IMG/VR virus record: IMGVR_UViG_3300025467_000044 | Span: 1-33,470 of that record | Length of the DNA stretch: 33,470 bases | Strand: one strand, 5' to 3' | Origin: a virus | Taxonomy: Duplodnaviria > Caudoviricetes | Shown here: positions 25,759-33,470 of the stretch, one piece after another | How the letters are laid out: each line of letters begins with the position of its first letter | Numbering within the stretch: position 1 is the stretch's first letter | Notes under the pieces: generated by a model | What the model saw: the letters and a program-made list of their open reading frames with translations, nothing else | The model's database searches: none | Told to the model about the DNA's origin: nothing | Made by a program: the position numbers and the translations under genes

Positions 25759-26475
25759 TTAGTTCTTTTTTGGTCCTGGAAGATTTTTGAGTGTCTTCAC
25801 AGTTTTCTTGCGTTGTTCACGCACGAATTTGTCTAATGTGTCATGGCCCTTATTAATGTCACCACCACCAATCCAAGTAACGTCATCTGGGTGGATAACA
25901 AATTCCCCACCAGCAGCCACAATCGGAACAGGCGAATCACTTGTTAATGCCCCACCTTTTGCTTTCTTAACTTGGGGTTGTCCGTAAGGTGTGCCAGGCG
26001 CGCCATATGGCATTGAACCACCGCCATAAAGTGGACGATTAAAGATGCTTTTAGCGACCTTAAAACCAGCTATTGTATTACCTTCACCCATTGAGGAAAT
26101 AATATCGGCAGGAATAACATAAGATCCGCTTGCGACATGGATGGGTAGATGATCTGTACGGCCAGCAACTTGGCTATGAATAGGGCCAACATGAATGCGA
26201 TTGGTTGTGACCTTAGCTTCTGGTGGCTTAACAGGCTTTGGCGATGCTGGTTTGGGCATTGGTGCAGAATGGAACATACCAGCTTGCGGCTTGGTCGTCT
26301 GCATAATGAAATTGGGTGTATGTCCGCCAAAAGCACGATGGGGACGCTTTTTAGACACTTCGCGGGCTGTGCTAAGGGCAGCGGCTATCGCTTGCTTAAT
26401 CGGATGGCCCGAATGAACAAGTTCGGAAATATTGCTGGATATAGCCTTACGCGAAGACCCTTTGATCAGCGGCAT
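25759..26475 (-). CDS. hypothetical basic virion-associated protein
   Basis: MPLIKGSSRKAISSNISEL...QAIAAAL N-terminus; two copies of D..P.....G.(Y/F)VI..D. Confidence 0.75.
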   Translation of the reverse strand: MPLIKGSSRKAISSNISELVHSGHPIKQAIAAALSTAREVSKKRPHRAFGGHTPNFIMQTTKPQAGMFHSAPMPKPASPKPVKPPEAKVTTNRIHVGPIHSQVAGRTDHLPIHVASGSYVIPADIISSMGEGNTIAGFKVAKSIFNRPLYGGGSMPYGAPGTPYGQPQVKKAKGGALTSDSPVPIVAAGGEFVIHPDDVTWIGGGDINKGHDTLDKFVREQRKKTVKTLKNLPGPKKN

Positions 26476-26518
26476 ATTAATTCCCCAAATGTTCCAGCAT
26501 AATACACGATTTTCCCGC

Positions 26519-26866
26519 TTAAGAATAGATAAGTGTGAGGACTTGTGAAGTTCCAGGCGTTACGACAATTCCATTAACCACGGGGATATTAAATTCATAT
26601 ACCCCAATAGCTTCTGGTATGGATGCTATAATAGATGCTGATGTGGCTGTTGTTGTATTGGCGGCGTCATAAATAGCACCATTTGTCGAACCAGCTGTTG
26701 TTACGCTTACCCGAAGAACACGCGCAGCGCCTTGGACAACAACTCGTTGTGCAGATACCGCAACGGCTGTTTTATTGCCGTTTAAAGCCAAGCTTGTTTG
26801 GGACGACGTGTTTAGTGCCGTAACAATGTTTTTGGAGGTGGTGAAAATATCGTCTAAACTTGCCAT
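26519..26866 (-). CDS. hypothetical virion protein
   Basis: 115 aa, beta-rich, coupled to the nozzle gene. Confidence 0.7.
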   Translation of the reverse strand: MASLDDIFTTSKNIVTALNTSSQTSLALNGNKTAVAVSAQRVVVQGAARVLRVSVTTAGSTNGAIYDAANTTTATSASIIASIPEAIGVYEFNIPVVNGIVVTPGTSQVLTLIYS

Positions 26867-28983
26867 TAGTACCGTCCATCTGGTTGGAAGCGATACCTAA
26901 TACCGCCAAGCCGCCACCACGAACCAACGTCATTGCTGTTTATTTGTATAGAAACCAAACGGCCACGGAACCGAGGACTTATAAATTCTGTCCCTTGAGT
27001 TAACGTGTAAGGTCCGTAAGAACGGGGCGTGTCGCCTGGATAATCCGTAACATAGAATGTTAATTGGACTGTGGCAGTCGGGTTTTGGTACACCGCGCCG
27101 CCATTAACATTCCCGTTGTAATAACCCCATTTCATATCAGGCCATACCTGATCTATGAAGTTTTTCACATTAGCCTCTGATAGGGCAAAGTAACCCGTTT
27201 GGAAGCTTGATTGCATTGGTTGGTTATTAACGCCATTATAAGCTGCGTCTGGAGATGTTTCGTGCTGGTAAATATATTGATCAGAAGATGCGCCAATGGG
27301 TGGTCCAAGCACACTTTGATTGATCCAAGCGGTGCGAGATAACGTACCAAAATCCCATTGTTGCATATATACGTTGTATTTAACGTAAGCGTTAACTTCG
27401 CCGCCATCGCTAATATTTGGATAGAACCAAGAAATTTCGCCAAAGTTTGAGTTGACTGCAACTCTTATTTTATTAAGGTTTGTCTCATCCAAATCTTGGA
27501 ATATCACGTCCCAAATTGGGCATGGGAGCGGGACAACGCCAGCTGATGAGTATGTCCAGAATTGGCTTTGCCCCATCCAGTAAACAACATTATTCAGCGA
27601 TGCCGCAGCTTTTCTGGAAATTAATCCGCAGCCCGTACCTAATTCGTTAAATGAATAAATATATGGCTGATTAATATATTGCATTGACCAAAGGCCAATA
27701 TCGGTCCAGATCAAACCTTGTTGCTGAGCCTGAATTGCGCCAACAATCTTAGAACCTTTAGGGATGCGATAAGAACCAGCCTGATTTGTAGTCAATGCAA
27801 TCCAGCTTGTTGTGCTGGTAAAATCATTAATATCTGACCACCGAACAAGCAGTGGGTCTTGTATGCCATTTAATGTGCTGCCCCACGCTACAATTTGGCG
27901 TTGAGGCATAGCCACAAAGATACCATCATTGACGACAGGGCCAGCATTATCAACGATAGCTGTTGGGTTACCAGATGTTGGGTCCCAATAATAAATAGCG
28001 CCACCGACTGGGCAAGCTATCAAAATTTGGCCCCAGTTATCCATTGTCCAGTCTGTTGGCTGGATTGGATTACCTGTGGTCGGAACTACAGCTGCCCCTG
28101 CACCATATGCACCAACGCCATAAGCACCAATGCCATAACCCGTACCAGCGGGAACTGGTCCTGTGCCAATATAATAATCGTATTGCGCCGACCCGCCATT
28201 TTCAGAACCAGTGGTCGTAGATGACGCTGTTGTTGATCCTGTAATAACGAAATTATTAGCATCAGTTATACTTTGGACAGTATAATTACCGAAGAAAGTA
28301 ATCCCACCAACAGTTGTTGAAACCAAAACTGGGAATGTATTTCCAGCAACATATCCATGATTATTTAGGGTGACAGTAACTGTTGCACTTCCACTGGTGA
28401 CATTAAAAATAGGGACAGCGCCACCATTAGTAACAGTGCTAGTAGCATAAGCGGGACCACCAAGTGCATTTGTTGCCAGAATGTCAAACGTGCCTGTTCC
28501 AACTGTAATTGCAGGATAAAAACCGTAGAGTATAAGACCACCAACGGAAATTTGAGTTTTGATAAATACTGAATCATAGCTGGTGATAGTAGCGCCTGAA
28601 TCATTAATTGTTACAACATTACTTCCAGATGTAGTGGAAACAGATACTGGGGTAACATTGTCCTCTATGGTACGAGGAGTGATGTTTTGGCGGCTACCAT
28701 TTGATATGACGCTTAATGTGTTTGTATTTCCAGCACCATATTCCGCACCAACAGCAAGCCAAGCTTTAGAATTAGTGTCTTCCCATGCCCACAAAGCGCG
28801 AACAATTGAACCTATTTTATTGGGAAAATAAGTTAGCCAGCCGCCAAGCTTTTGAACCAAACCAAAACCATTACGATCTGGGACAAAACGCACAAGGTTA
28901 GTGAATGAAAGTCCCGCTTGATTTAAAGCAGGGGTTTCATTTTGATCGACACCAGGAGTAATTTTTACCTGTGCGTGGGGCAT
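26866..28983 (-). CDS. tail nozzle / tubular protein B-like
   Basis: 705 aa with propeller-like W/D repeats (LVRWSD, WTDIGLWSMQY, YWMG) and C-terminal PRFRGR...WRLG..R....PDGR. Confidence 0.7.
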   Translation of the reverse strand: MPHAQVKITPGVDQNETPALNQAGLSFTNLVRFVPDRNGFGLVQKLGGWLTYFPNKIGSIVRALWAWEDTNSKAWLAVGAEYGAGNTNTLSVISNGSRQNITPRTIEDNVTPVSVSTTSGSNVVTINDSGATITSYDSVFIKTQISVGGLILYGFYPAITVGTGTFDILATNALGGPAYATSTVTNGGAVPIFNVTSGSATVTVTLNNHGYVAGNTFPVLVSTTVGGITFFGNYTVQSITDANNFVITGSTTASSTTTGSENGGSAQYDYYIGTGPVPAGTGYGIGAYGVGAYGAGAAVVPTTGNPIQPTDWTMDNWGQILIACPVGGAIYYWDPTSGNPTAIVDNAGPVVNDGIFVAMPQRQIVAWGSTLNGIQDPLLVRWSDINDFTSTTSWIALTTNQAGSYRIPKGSKIVGAIQAQQQGLIWTDIGLWSMQYINQPYIYSFNELGTGCGLISRKAAASLNNVVYWMGQSQFWTYSSAGVVPLPCPIWDVIFQDLDETNLNKIRVAVNSNFGEISWFYPNISDGGEVNAYVKYNVYMQQWDFGTLSRTAWINQSVLGPPIGASSDQYIYQHETSPDAAYNGVNNQPMQSSFQTGYFALSEANVKNFIDQVWPDMKWGYYNGNVNGGAVYQNPTATVQLTFYVTDYPGDTPRSYGPYTLTQGTEFISPRFRGRLVSIQINSNDVGSWWRLGGIRYRFQPDGRY

Positions 28984-28987
28984 TTAA

Positions 28988-29812
28988 TTACCTTGTAGGT
29001 GTAGCAGCAACTGGAGAAGATAAAGAAGTCCACGCAGATGCGGCAAACTTCTTACGAAACTCTTCTTCAATTGCCTTTTGTTTAAGTGCCTGATACTGAC
29101 CCTCATAGCTTTGCGCCATTGCAGGATCATCCGACTCACGCCCAAAGTTGCGTTGATATGCAGAGATGTAGACCATTGATGCCATGATCAAAAGATCAGG
29201 CAAGTAGGTGCTGATAAATGTTGTCGAACTATTTGCCAAGCTTGATGTGGCAAATTGATAAAGAGACTGTGTGCGAATTGTACCTGTTAATAAAACAGGA
29301 TACGATGAATTGGGGTATGGTCCGACAATAATATTTTGTGACGTATTTCCACTAGATGCAGCGTCTCCACCATAAATTGCAAAAAAAGTCGGAACGGCAG
29401 TGTAAGAACTGTCATTATAAACATTTTGTATGTATTCCTTCGATGTAGGGGTAAGGGGCAATGTTGCAGTGCCAGATACCACACTTACGGTCTGAAGGGT
29501 AACAAAATCATTAACAGATATAGAAAGAATGTTATTTCCTGAAGAAAATGTATAGTTTGGGTTGCTAGTTACGGATTGCGATAGATCCAAATCACGTTGA
29601 ATGCGCAACTCAGCGTAATTCAGCATTTGAGGAATCAAATTATTAAAATTGGTGTCAGGCTGCGATAATGTGCCGCCATAAGCCACATTTGCCAAATAAG
29701 TAATGCCATTAATTGTTGTATTAGTTGTAGGTGTAAAAATATCAACAACGGCCATCGTACCGATCTGGTTAATGTACCCATTGTACGTTAGCGCATTTGT
29801 TGGAACTGACAT
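28988..29812 (-). CDS. head-tail adaptor / tubular protein A-like
   Basis: AELRIQRDL...P..FA...VGP.P...Y...PDLLIMASM; directly upstream of the nozzle gene. Confidence 0.65.
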   Translation of the reverse strand: MSVPTNALTYNGYINQIGTMAVVDIFTPTTNTTINGITYLANVAYGGTLSQPDTNFNNLIPQMLNYAELRIQRDLDLSQSVTSNPNYTFSSGNNILSISVNDFVTLQTVSVVSGTATLPLTPTSKEYIQNVYNDSSYTAVPTFFAIYGGDAASSGNTSQNIIVGPYPNSSYPVLLTGTIRTQSLYQFATSSLANSSTTFISTYLPDLLIMASMVYISAYQRNFGRESDDPAMAQSYEGQYQALKQKAIEEEFRKKFAASAWTSLSSPVAATPTR

Positions 29813-30015
29813 TACTTAATACCTTTGCAATAAGCTTGGCGACGAGCATTGTTTTCTTTTACGCCACGTATTGTCTCGTCAGTGTCCTTTGGTGACCAGC
29901 TGATACCAGTCCAGACAGTGCAAGCACTACTTCCGTTCAAAGGAATCTGGGTCGCGCAACCTTGCAGGATTAGCGTCAACGGAATCAATAGCATCCCCAG
30001 CTTTAACGGCTTCAT
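29812..30015 (-). CDS. o-spanin (Rz1-like lipoprotein)
   Basis: Lipobox LQGC after a hydrophobic signal; overlaps the i-spanin gene in another frame. Confidence 0.7.
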   Translation of the reverse strand: MKPLKLGMLLIPLTLILQGCATQIPLNGSSACTVWTGISWSPKDTDETIRGVKENNARRQAYCKGIK

Positions 30016-30166
30016 CGACTTTCTCCAAAGATTGCGTGTTTTCCTTGTTAATGTATGCGTTAACAGCATCGGTGCTAATTTTATAATACACCCCCGTCAA
30101 CACTAGCACAACAATAATTGCTGCGCCTACATATCTCCCTATCGGTGTCAGGAAAAAGGCAAACAT
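29927..30166 (-). CDS. i-spanin (Rz-like)
   Basis: N-terminal TM plus helical periplasmic part, immediately downstream of the endolysin. Confidence 0.7.
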   Translation of the reverse strand: MFAFFLTPIGRYVGAAIIVVLVLTGVYYKISTDAVNAYINKENTQSLEKVDEAVKAGDAIDSVDANPARLRDPDSFERK

Positions 30167-30167
30167 C

Positions 30168-30917
30168 TTAAACTCCGTGTTCCTCTAAATGCTTTGATCT
30201 AAAGTACCAGATGGCGACTCCGCACAAGACGATAATTGCGAACATGTCGAAAGTCGTATTGGAAAGAAGGCTTTGTATCTGGGTAAATAGATCGTTTGCT
30301 GATTGCGCCTGACCAACATAGTCTTGCGCATTGCTGGTAAGGGTTTTAGCTGCACCAGCCACGCCAAGCGCAGAAGTTGCCAAGGCTGTATTCCCCTGTT
30401 TACTGTCCGCCATTGTCTTGGTTGGCGGTGTGTCAGGGGTAGCGCGATGTTCCTGCTCTTCAATGGGTTTGCCACCCGTTGTCCACCATTCCGATTCTGC
30501 GTTGCGGCGGCGTACCAAGCCTGGGAGGACTTTCCCACCACCCCGTGTCCATTTTTGTAATTCTGTTGGGACTTTTTCAAACTGACCTGCATTGACGCAT
30601 TTCAAAAGAGTTGAAGATGCAAGGTTTCCCTTACCAGCATTATAGCAAAAATCGACCAAAACATCGAACTGATGCTGAGTTAATTCAACCTTCACCAGAG
30701 ATTTAACATCGTTCTCAAACCTAACCATGTCAGCGGCTAAGATACGATTAGCATCCTCTTGGGTAATCGTCATGCCTTCCTTAACTTCAGGCGCGCCAGC
30801 CGCAGAAGTGTGTCCATATCCGATGGTTAAAATACCAGCAGGACAGCGGTAGGCAGTCAACTTGCAGCCTTCAAATGGCTTTGTGAGGGCGTTTAAACCA
30901 CCTTCGGACATTTGCAT
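30168..30917 (-). CDS. GH24 lysozyme endolysin with C-terminal transmembrane extension
   Basis: FEGCKLTAYRCPAGILTIGYGHT, QFDVLVDFCYNAG, GLVRRRNAE; C-terminal FAIIVLCGVAIWYF. Confidence 0.9.
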   Translation of the reverse strand: MQMSEGGLNALTKPFEGCKLTAYRCPAGILTIGYGHTSAAGAPEVKEGMTITQEDANRILAADMVRFENDVKSLVKVELTQHQFDVLVDFCYNAGKGNLASSTLLKCVNAGQFEKVPTELQKWTRGGGKVLPGLVRRRNAESEWWTTGGKPIEEQEHRATPDTPPTKTMADSKQGNTALATSALGVAGAAKTLTSNAQDYVGQAQSANDLFTQIQSLLSNTTFDMFAIIVLCGVAIWYFRSKHLEEHGV

Positions 30918-30921
30918 GGAA

Positions 30922-31392
30922 TTAGCCTTTCACAGTGAGGATGTAAGCTACGAAAAACACAACTATAATTACCACAAATATGAGGATAAAAACACTCCCC
31001 CATACTGCCAAGCCACGTAAAAACTCAGCTTTTTCTCTAGCTGCTTTCTCGGCGGCGAGGCGATCAGCTTTTTTGATTCGGGTAATCTCTTCCTGAAGGC
31101 GTATCCACTCACCATAACCATATTGTGACACAAACAGGTTTTGCGCTTCCTGCATCCATTGGTTAATTTGCTGCTTGGCGGCATAGGCATCCATTGCCCT
31201 TTTTTCGGCGCTTTCCTTGGATTGGAAAAGACTTTTGGGTGGATCTGCCACCATACGGGTAATTTCACCAACGCTCCCCATTAATGAGGAAACGTCCTGC
31301 ATCATACCCTGAATTTCCTTACCAGCGGCAATACCTGATTTAATAGCGCCGTATGCCGTTTGCGCTAATGCGAGGATTGTTAACGGGTCCAA
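30922..31392 (-). CDS. membrane protein (lysis/virion associated)
   Basis: MDPLTILALA N-terminus, helical core, long C-terminal TM. Confidence 0.75.
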   Translation of the reverse strand: MDPLTILALAQTAYGAIKSGIAAGKEIQGMMQDVSSLMGSVGEITRMVADPPKSLFQSKESAEKRAMDAYAAKQQINQWMQEAQNLFVSQYGYGEWIRLQEEITRIKKADRLAAEKAAREKAEFLRGLAVWGSVFILIFVVIIVVFFVAYILTVKG

Positions 31393-31444
31393 TTTGTTTC
31401 CCCATAGTAATCCCCTCTTGTTAAGAATGAATGATATATATCAG

Positions 31445-31678
31445 TTATTTGTCTGCTTTGGCATCTAATTTATCAAATATTTTAGCTAACATATCTTTAA
31501 TTTCACGCATTGATTCTGAAAATTCATCTTTTCTAATATAGTTTGAAGGAAGGTCCACTTCTAGTCGGTGGATGTCTTCCTTCATTTTTTGTACCGCATC
31601 CCATACTTGTCGGCCTAGCCAACCACCCAACGCAAACCCCGCTCCTACAGCTGTGTCAATTAGGGTCTGCATTTCCAT
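31445..31678 (-). CDS. holin-like small membrane protein
   Basis: N-terminal TM plus coiled coil ending KIFDKLDAKADK, upstream of the endolysin. Confidence 0.6.
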   Translation of the reverse strand: MEMQTLIDTAVGAGFALGGWLGRQVWDAVQKMKEDIHRLEVDLPSNYIRKDEFSESMREIKDMLAKIFDKLDAKADK

Positions 31679-31687
31679 GGTTAACTC

Positions 31688-31888
31688 CTACGAGGCTGGC
31701 GCGTCTGGGCTATCAGGAGCAGCAGAAGTTTCAGGCGCTACTTCTTGAGCAGGTGCTGGCGTCAATTGACTTTCTGCGTCCTGTTTAATTTTAAAAATAA
31801 GTTGCTGAACCTCAGCAAATGGACGGTTGCCCAATGCACCGAGGATATAATTAACTTCATCTACTGTTAAGGTTAAATTCACGTTCAT
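31688..31888 (-). CDS. hypothetical protein
   Basis: LTVDEVNYILGALG.RPF.EV..LI.KI..Q motif seen next to phage tail genes. Confidence 0.75.
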   Translation of the reverse strand: MNVNLTLTVDEVNYILGALGNRPFAEVQQLIFKIKQDAESQLTPAPAQEVAPETSAAPDSPDAPAS

Positions 31889-32127
31889 TTTCCATTTCCC
31901 TCTGGTTTAATGATCGCAGTCGATGACTCACGATCTATATTTAATACACCAAAACAACAGATATTCCAATCCTCCCCATCACGTTCATCCGTAATTGGGA
32001 CAGAAATATTTAAGTGCTTGAATAGGTATTCTTTGCTGTTGTCTTCAAATACCCGCCATACATGGTCAGGCGTACCCCGCCCATCCATGCCACGGCTTTT
32101 GTTAAATCTGATGCTATACTTTGGCAT
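31885..32127 (-). CDS. hypothetical protein
   Basis: Starts at MPKYSIRFNKSRG, coupled to the oxygenase gene. Confidence 0.7.
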   Translation of the reverse strand: MPKYSIRFNKSRGMDGRGTPDHVWRVFEDNSKEYLFKHLNISVPITDERDGEDWNICCFGVLNIDRESSTAIIKPEGNGK

Positions 32128-32780
32128 TAGATTATTTCCGCTGCTGGAGCGGGACAAGCGGGCGGCGGCGCAAATTGAACGCTAAGGTTAAAATGCACAA
32201 ATTTAATTGGCTTTTTACCTGCATGACGACCAAATGAATGTGGCAACCAACCATTTGTAAATACAATCATGCCAGGCTTAGGTTCAAAATTAATCATGTC
32301 GCTGGCTTCTGTAGCCATTGTCATGTTTGTTTCATCCAATCCAACGATTGTCTTGGCAGGGCGTGGATCATGAATAACCAAACGTGAACAACCTTCTGGC
32401 GTATCAAGGAAATAAAAACCTACTATTTGTGCGCCGAATTTATGTGTATGCTGTTCCATAAGGGAATGTTTGGAATGTTCTTGTGTCCACATTTCCGTAA
32501 AAAACGTCTGCTTATTCTCCATGTTATATCCTTGATCTTTAAGAATATCCCACGCAGTTTGTGCAACGAACTTAGAAAAATCAGCAATTCGTGGATCATT
32601 AAAATAACTTTGCGACATATATACTGGATATATTTCGTTTTTAGGATGCGCTTTTTTTGCTTCACGAAGATTATCTTCTGAAACTTCCATCACAGATTTA
32701 AGAAAATCTGGACGCTGTGCCACATATACTGATGTTGGAAAATAAATATATTTTTCCATTTGTGGTTGTACATTATACAT
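32127..32780 (-). CDS. 2OG-Fe(II) oxygenase-like protein (TIGR02466-like)
   Basis: FPT, W, HxH (QHTH), GFYFL, DPRP, P.PG....F..WLPHS, FN. Confidence 0.8.
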   Translation of the reverse strand: MYNVQPQMEKYIYFPTSVYVAQRPDFLKSVMEVSEDNLREAKKAHPKNEIYPVYMSQSYFNDPRIADFSKFVAQTAWDILKDQGYNMENKQTFFTEMWTQEHSKHSLMEQHTHKFGAQIVGFYFLDTPEGCSRLVIHDPRPAKTIVGLDETNMTMATEASDMINFEPKPGMIVFTNGWLPHSFGRHAGKKPIKFVHFNLSVQFAPPPACPAPAAEII

Positions 32781-32807
32781 TTTAATACCCTCTGATTTAA
32801 ATAAACA

Positions 32808-33206
32808 TTACGCTGATTTAGGAACGACAGCAATCCACGTTTTGGTTGGCTCGTCCCATTTATACATTTTAGGGGGCGTTCCCGTTCCAGCATCAGATGG
32901 AATTGCTACAGGAGCAGTCCAAATCCAATTTGTTGCTGCACTGATTGTCCATGATGGATATGGCTGAGGAGGATAAAACACATCATGTGTTGCATCATAA
33001 GTATAGCCAGTGCCAGCGTAATTACCTCTCAATGCAACGCCGCCATCAGGTTTTCCATCCTGACCATAATGAACATTACCACGGGTGTTATATGATGTTT
33101 GTACCCACTCAGAAGCAGGGCCAAACAAACCAGAGTTAATGACATCTTGTTCAACAACAATGACTTGCTGAACTATTCCATTAATAACTTGTGCAAAATG
33201 GCTCAT
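32808..33206 (-). CDS. tail-associated hypothetical protein
   Basis: MSHFAQV...WVQTSYN...RGNYAG.GYTYD...D.F.PPQPYPSW...W.APV..P...Y.WDE. Confidence 0.8.
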   Translation of the reverse strand: MSHFAQVINGIVQQVIVVEQDVINSGLFGPASEWVQTSYNTRGNVHYGQDGKPDGGVALRGNYAGTGYTYDATHDVFYPPQPYPSWTISAATNWIWTAPVAIPSDAGTGTPPKMYKWDEPTKTWIAVVPKSA

Positions 33207-33210
33207 TTCA

Positions 33211-33470
33211 TCACCACTTAATTGAACCTGAACCAGTGAATTTGTAAATGCGATTGCCACCAGAGCAAATTACTGTTGGCGAACCAGTCGTTGCAGATGC
33301 TGCCGAATATGTGTTTGAGTAAGATATGACAACAATACCTGATCCACCAGAACCGCCAGTTCTACAATAAGCGCCTCCCCCGCCGCCGCCAGTATTTGCT
33401 GTCCCGCTAACACCATTACTAGGGTAAATTCCGCCGCTGCCGCCGCCGCCAATTCCCCCCGATCCAACAC
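33211..33470 (-). CDS. glycine-rich tail protein, C-terminal part (5' end beyond the window)
   Basis: Hand translation ...GTANTGGGGGG...GGSGGSGIVVISY...IYKFTGSGSIKW*; a different frame from the ORF track call. Confidence 0.75.
   Translation of the reverse strand, partial: VGSGGIGGGGSGGIYPSNGVSGTANTGGGGGGAYCRTGGSGGSGIVVISYSNTYSAASATTGSPTVICSGGNRIYKFTGSGSIKW

Noticed and set aside
33270-33470. 66 aa ORF from the track
   Set aside because: Wrong frame; the Gly-rich frame ending at 33211 is the credible gene.
17862-33470. Many + strand and nested short ORFs over the late module
   Set aside because: Antisense or frame shadows of long - strand genes, with no RBS or recognisable motifs.

Overview
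This window is about 33.5 kb of a podovirus-like tailed phage genome. The host is probably an alphaproteobacterium, judging from a GcrA homolog and GAAC-N7-GAAC LexA-type boxes. From left to right: two DUF551-like genes (-); a ~1 kb non-coding region carrying a perfect parS palindrome and a cluster of alphaproteobacterial LexA boxes; a + strand early operon of seven small ORFs punctuated by three copies of a covarying ~65 nt RNA hairpin; the terminase small subunit and small genes (-); a primase, an SF2 helicase and an AT-rich origin-like tract; a BPL_N-like gene, RusA and a Cro-like HTH (-); a divergent + strand recombination/middle operon (ERF, YqaJ exonuclease, SSB-like, HNH, DUF6378, secreted transglycosylase, GcrA); and a - strand late module (tail fibre, two large internal virion proteins, GNAT, nozzle, adaptor, spanins, endolysin, holin candidates, 2OG-Fe(II) oxygenase, Gly-rich tail protein). 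No large terminase, portal, capsid, integrase, tRNA or CRISPR array was seen in the window. The most unusual features are the host-protein binding-site cluster (parS plus LexA boxes), the hairpin-delimited early gene cassettes next to it, and a short aromatic/basic-x-x-GG-x-V motif recurring in three virion proteins. All product calls come from motif recognition by eye, not from database searches.
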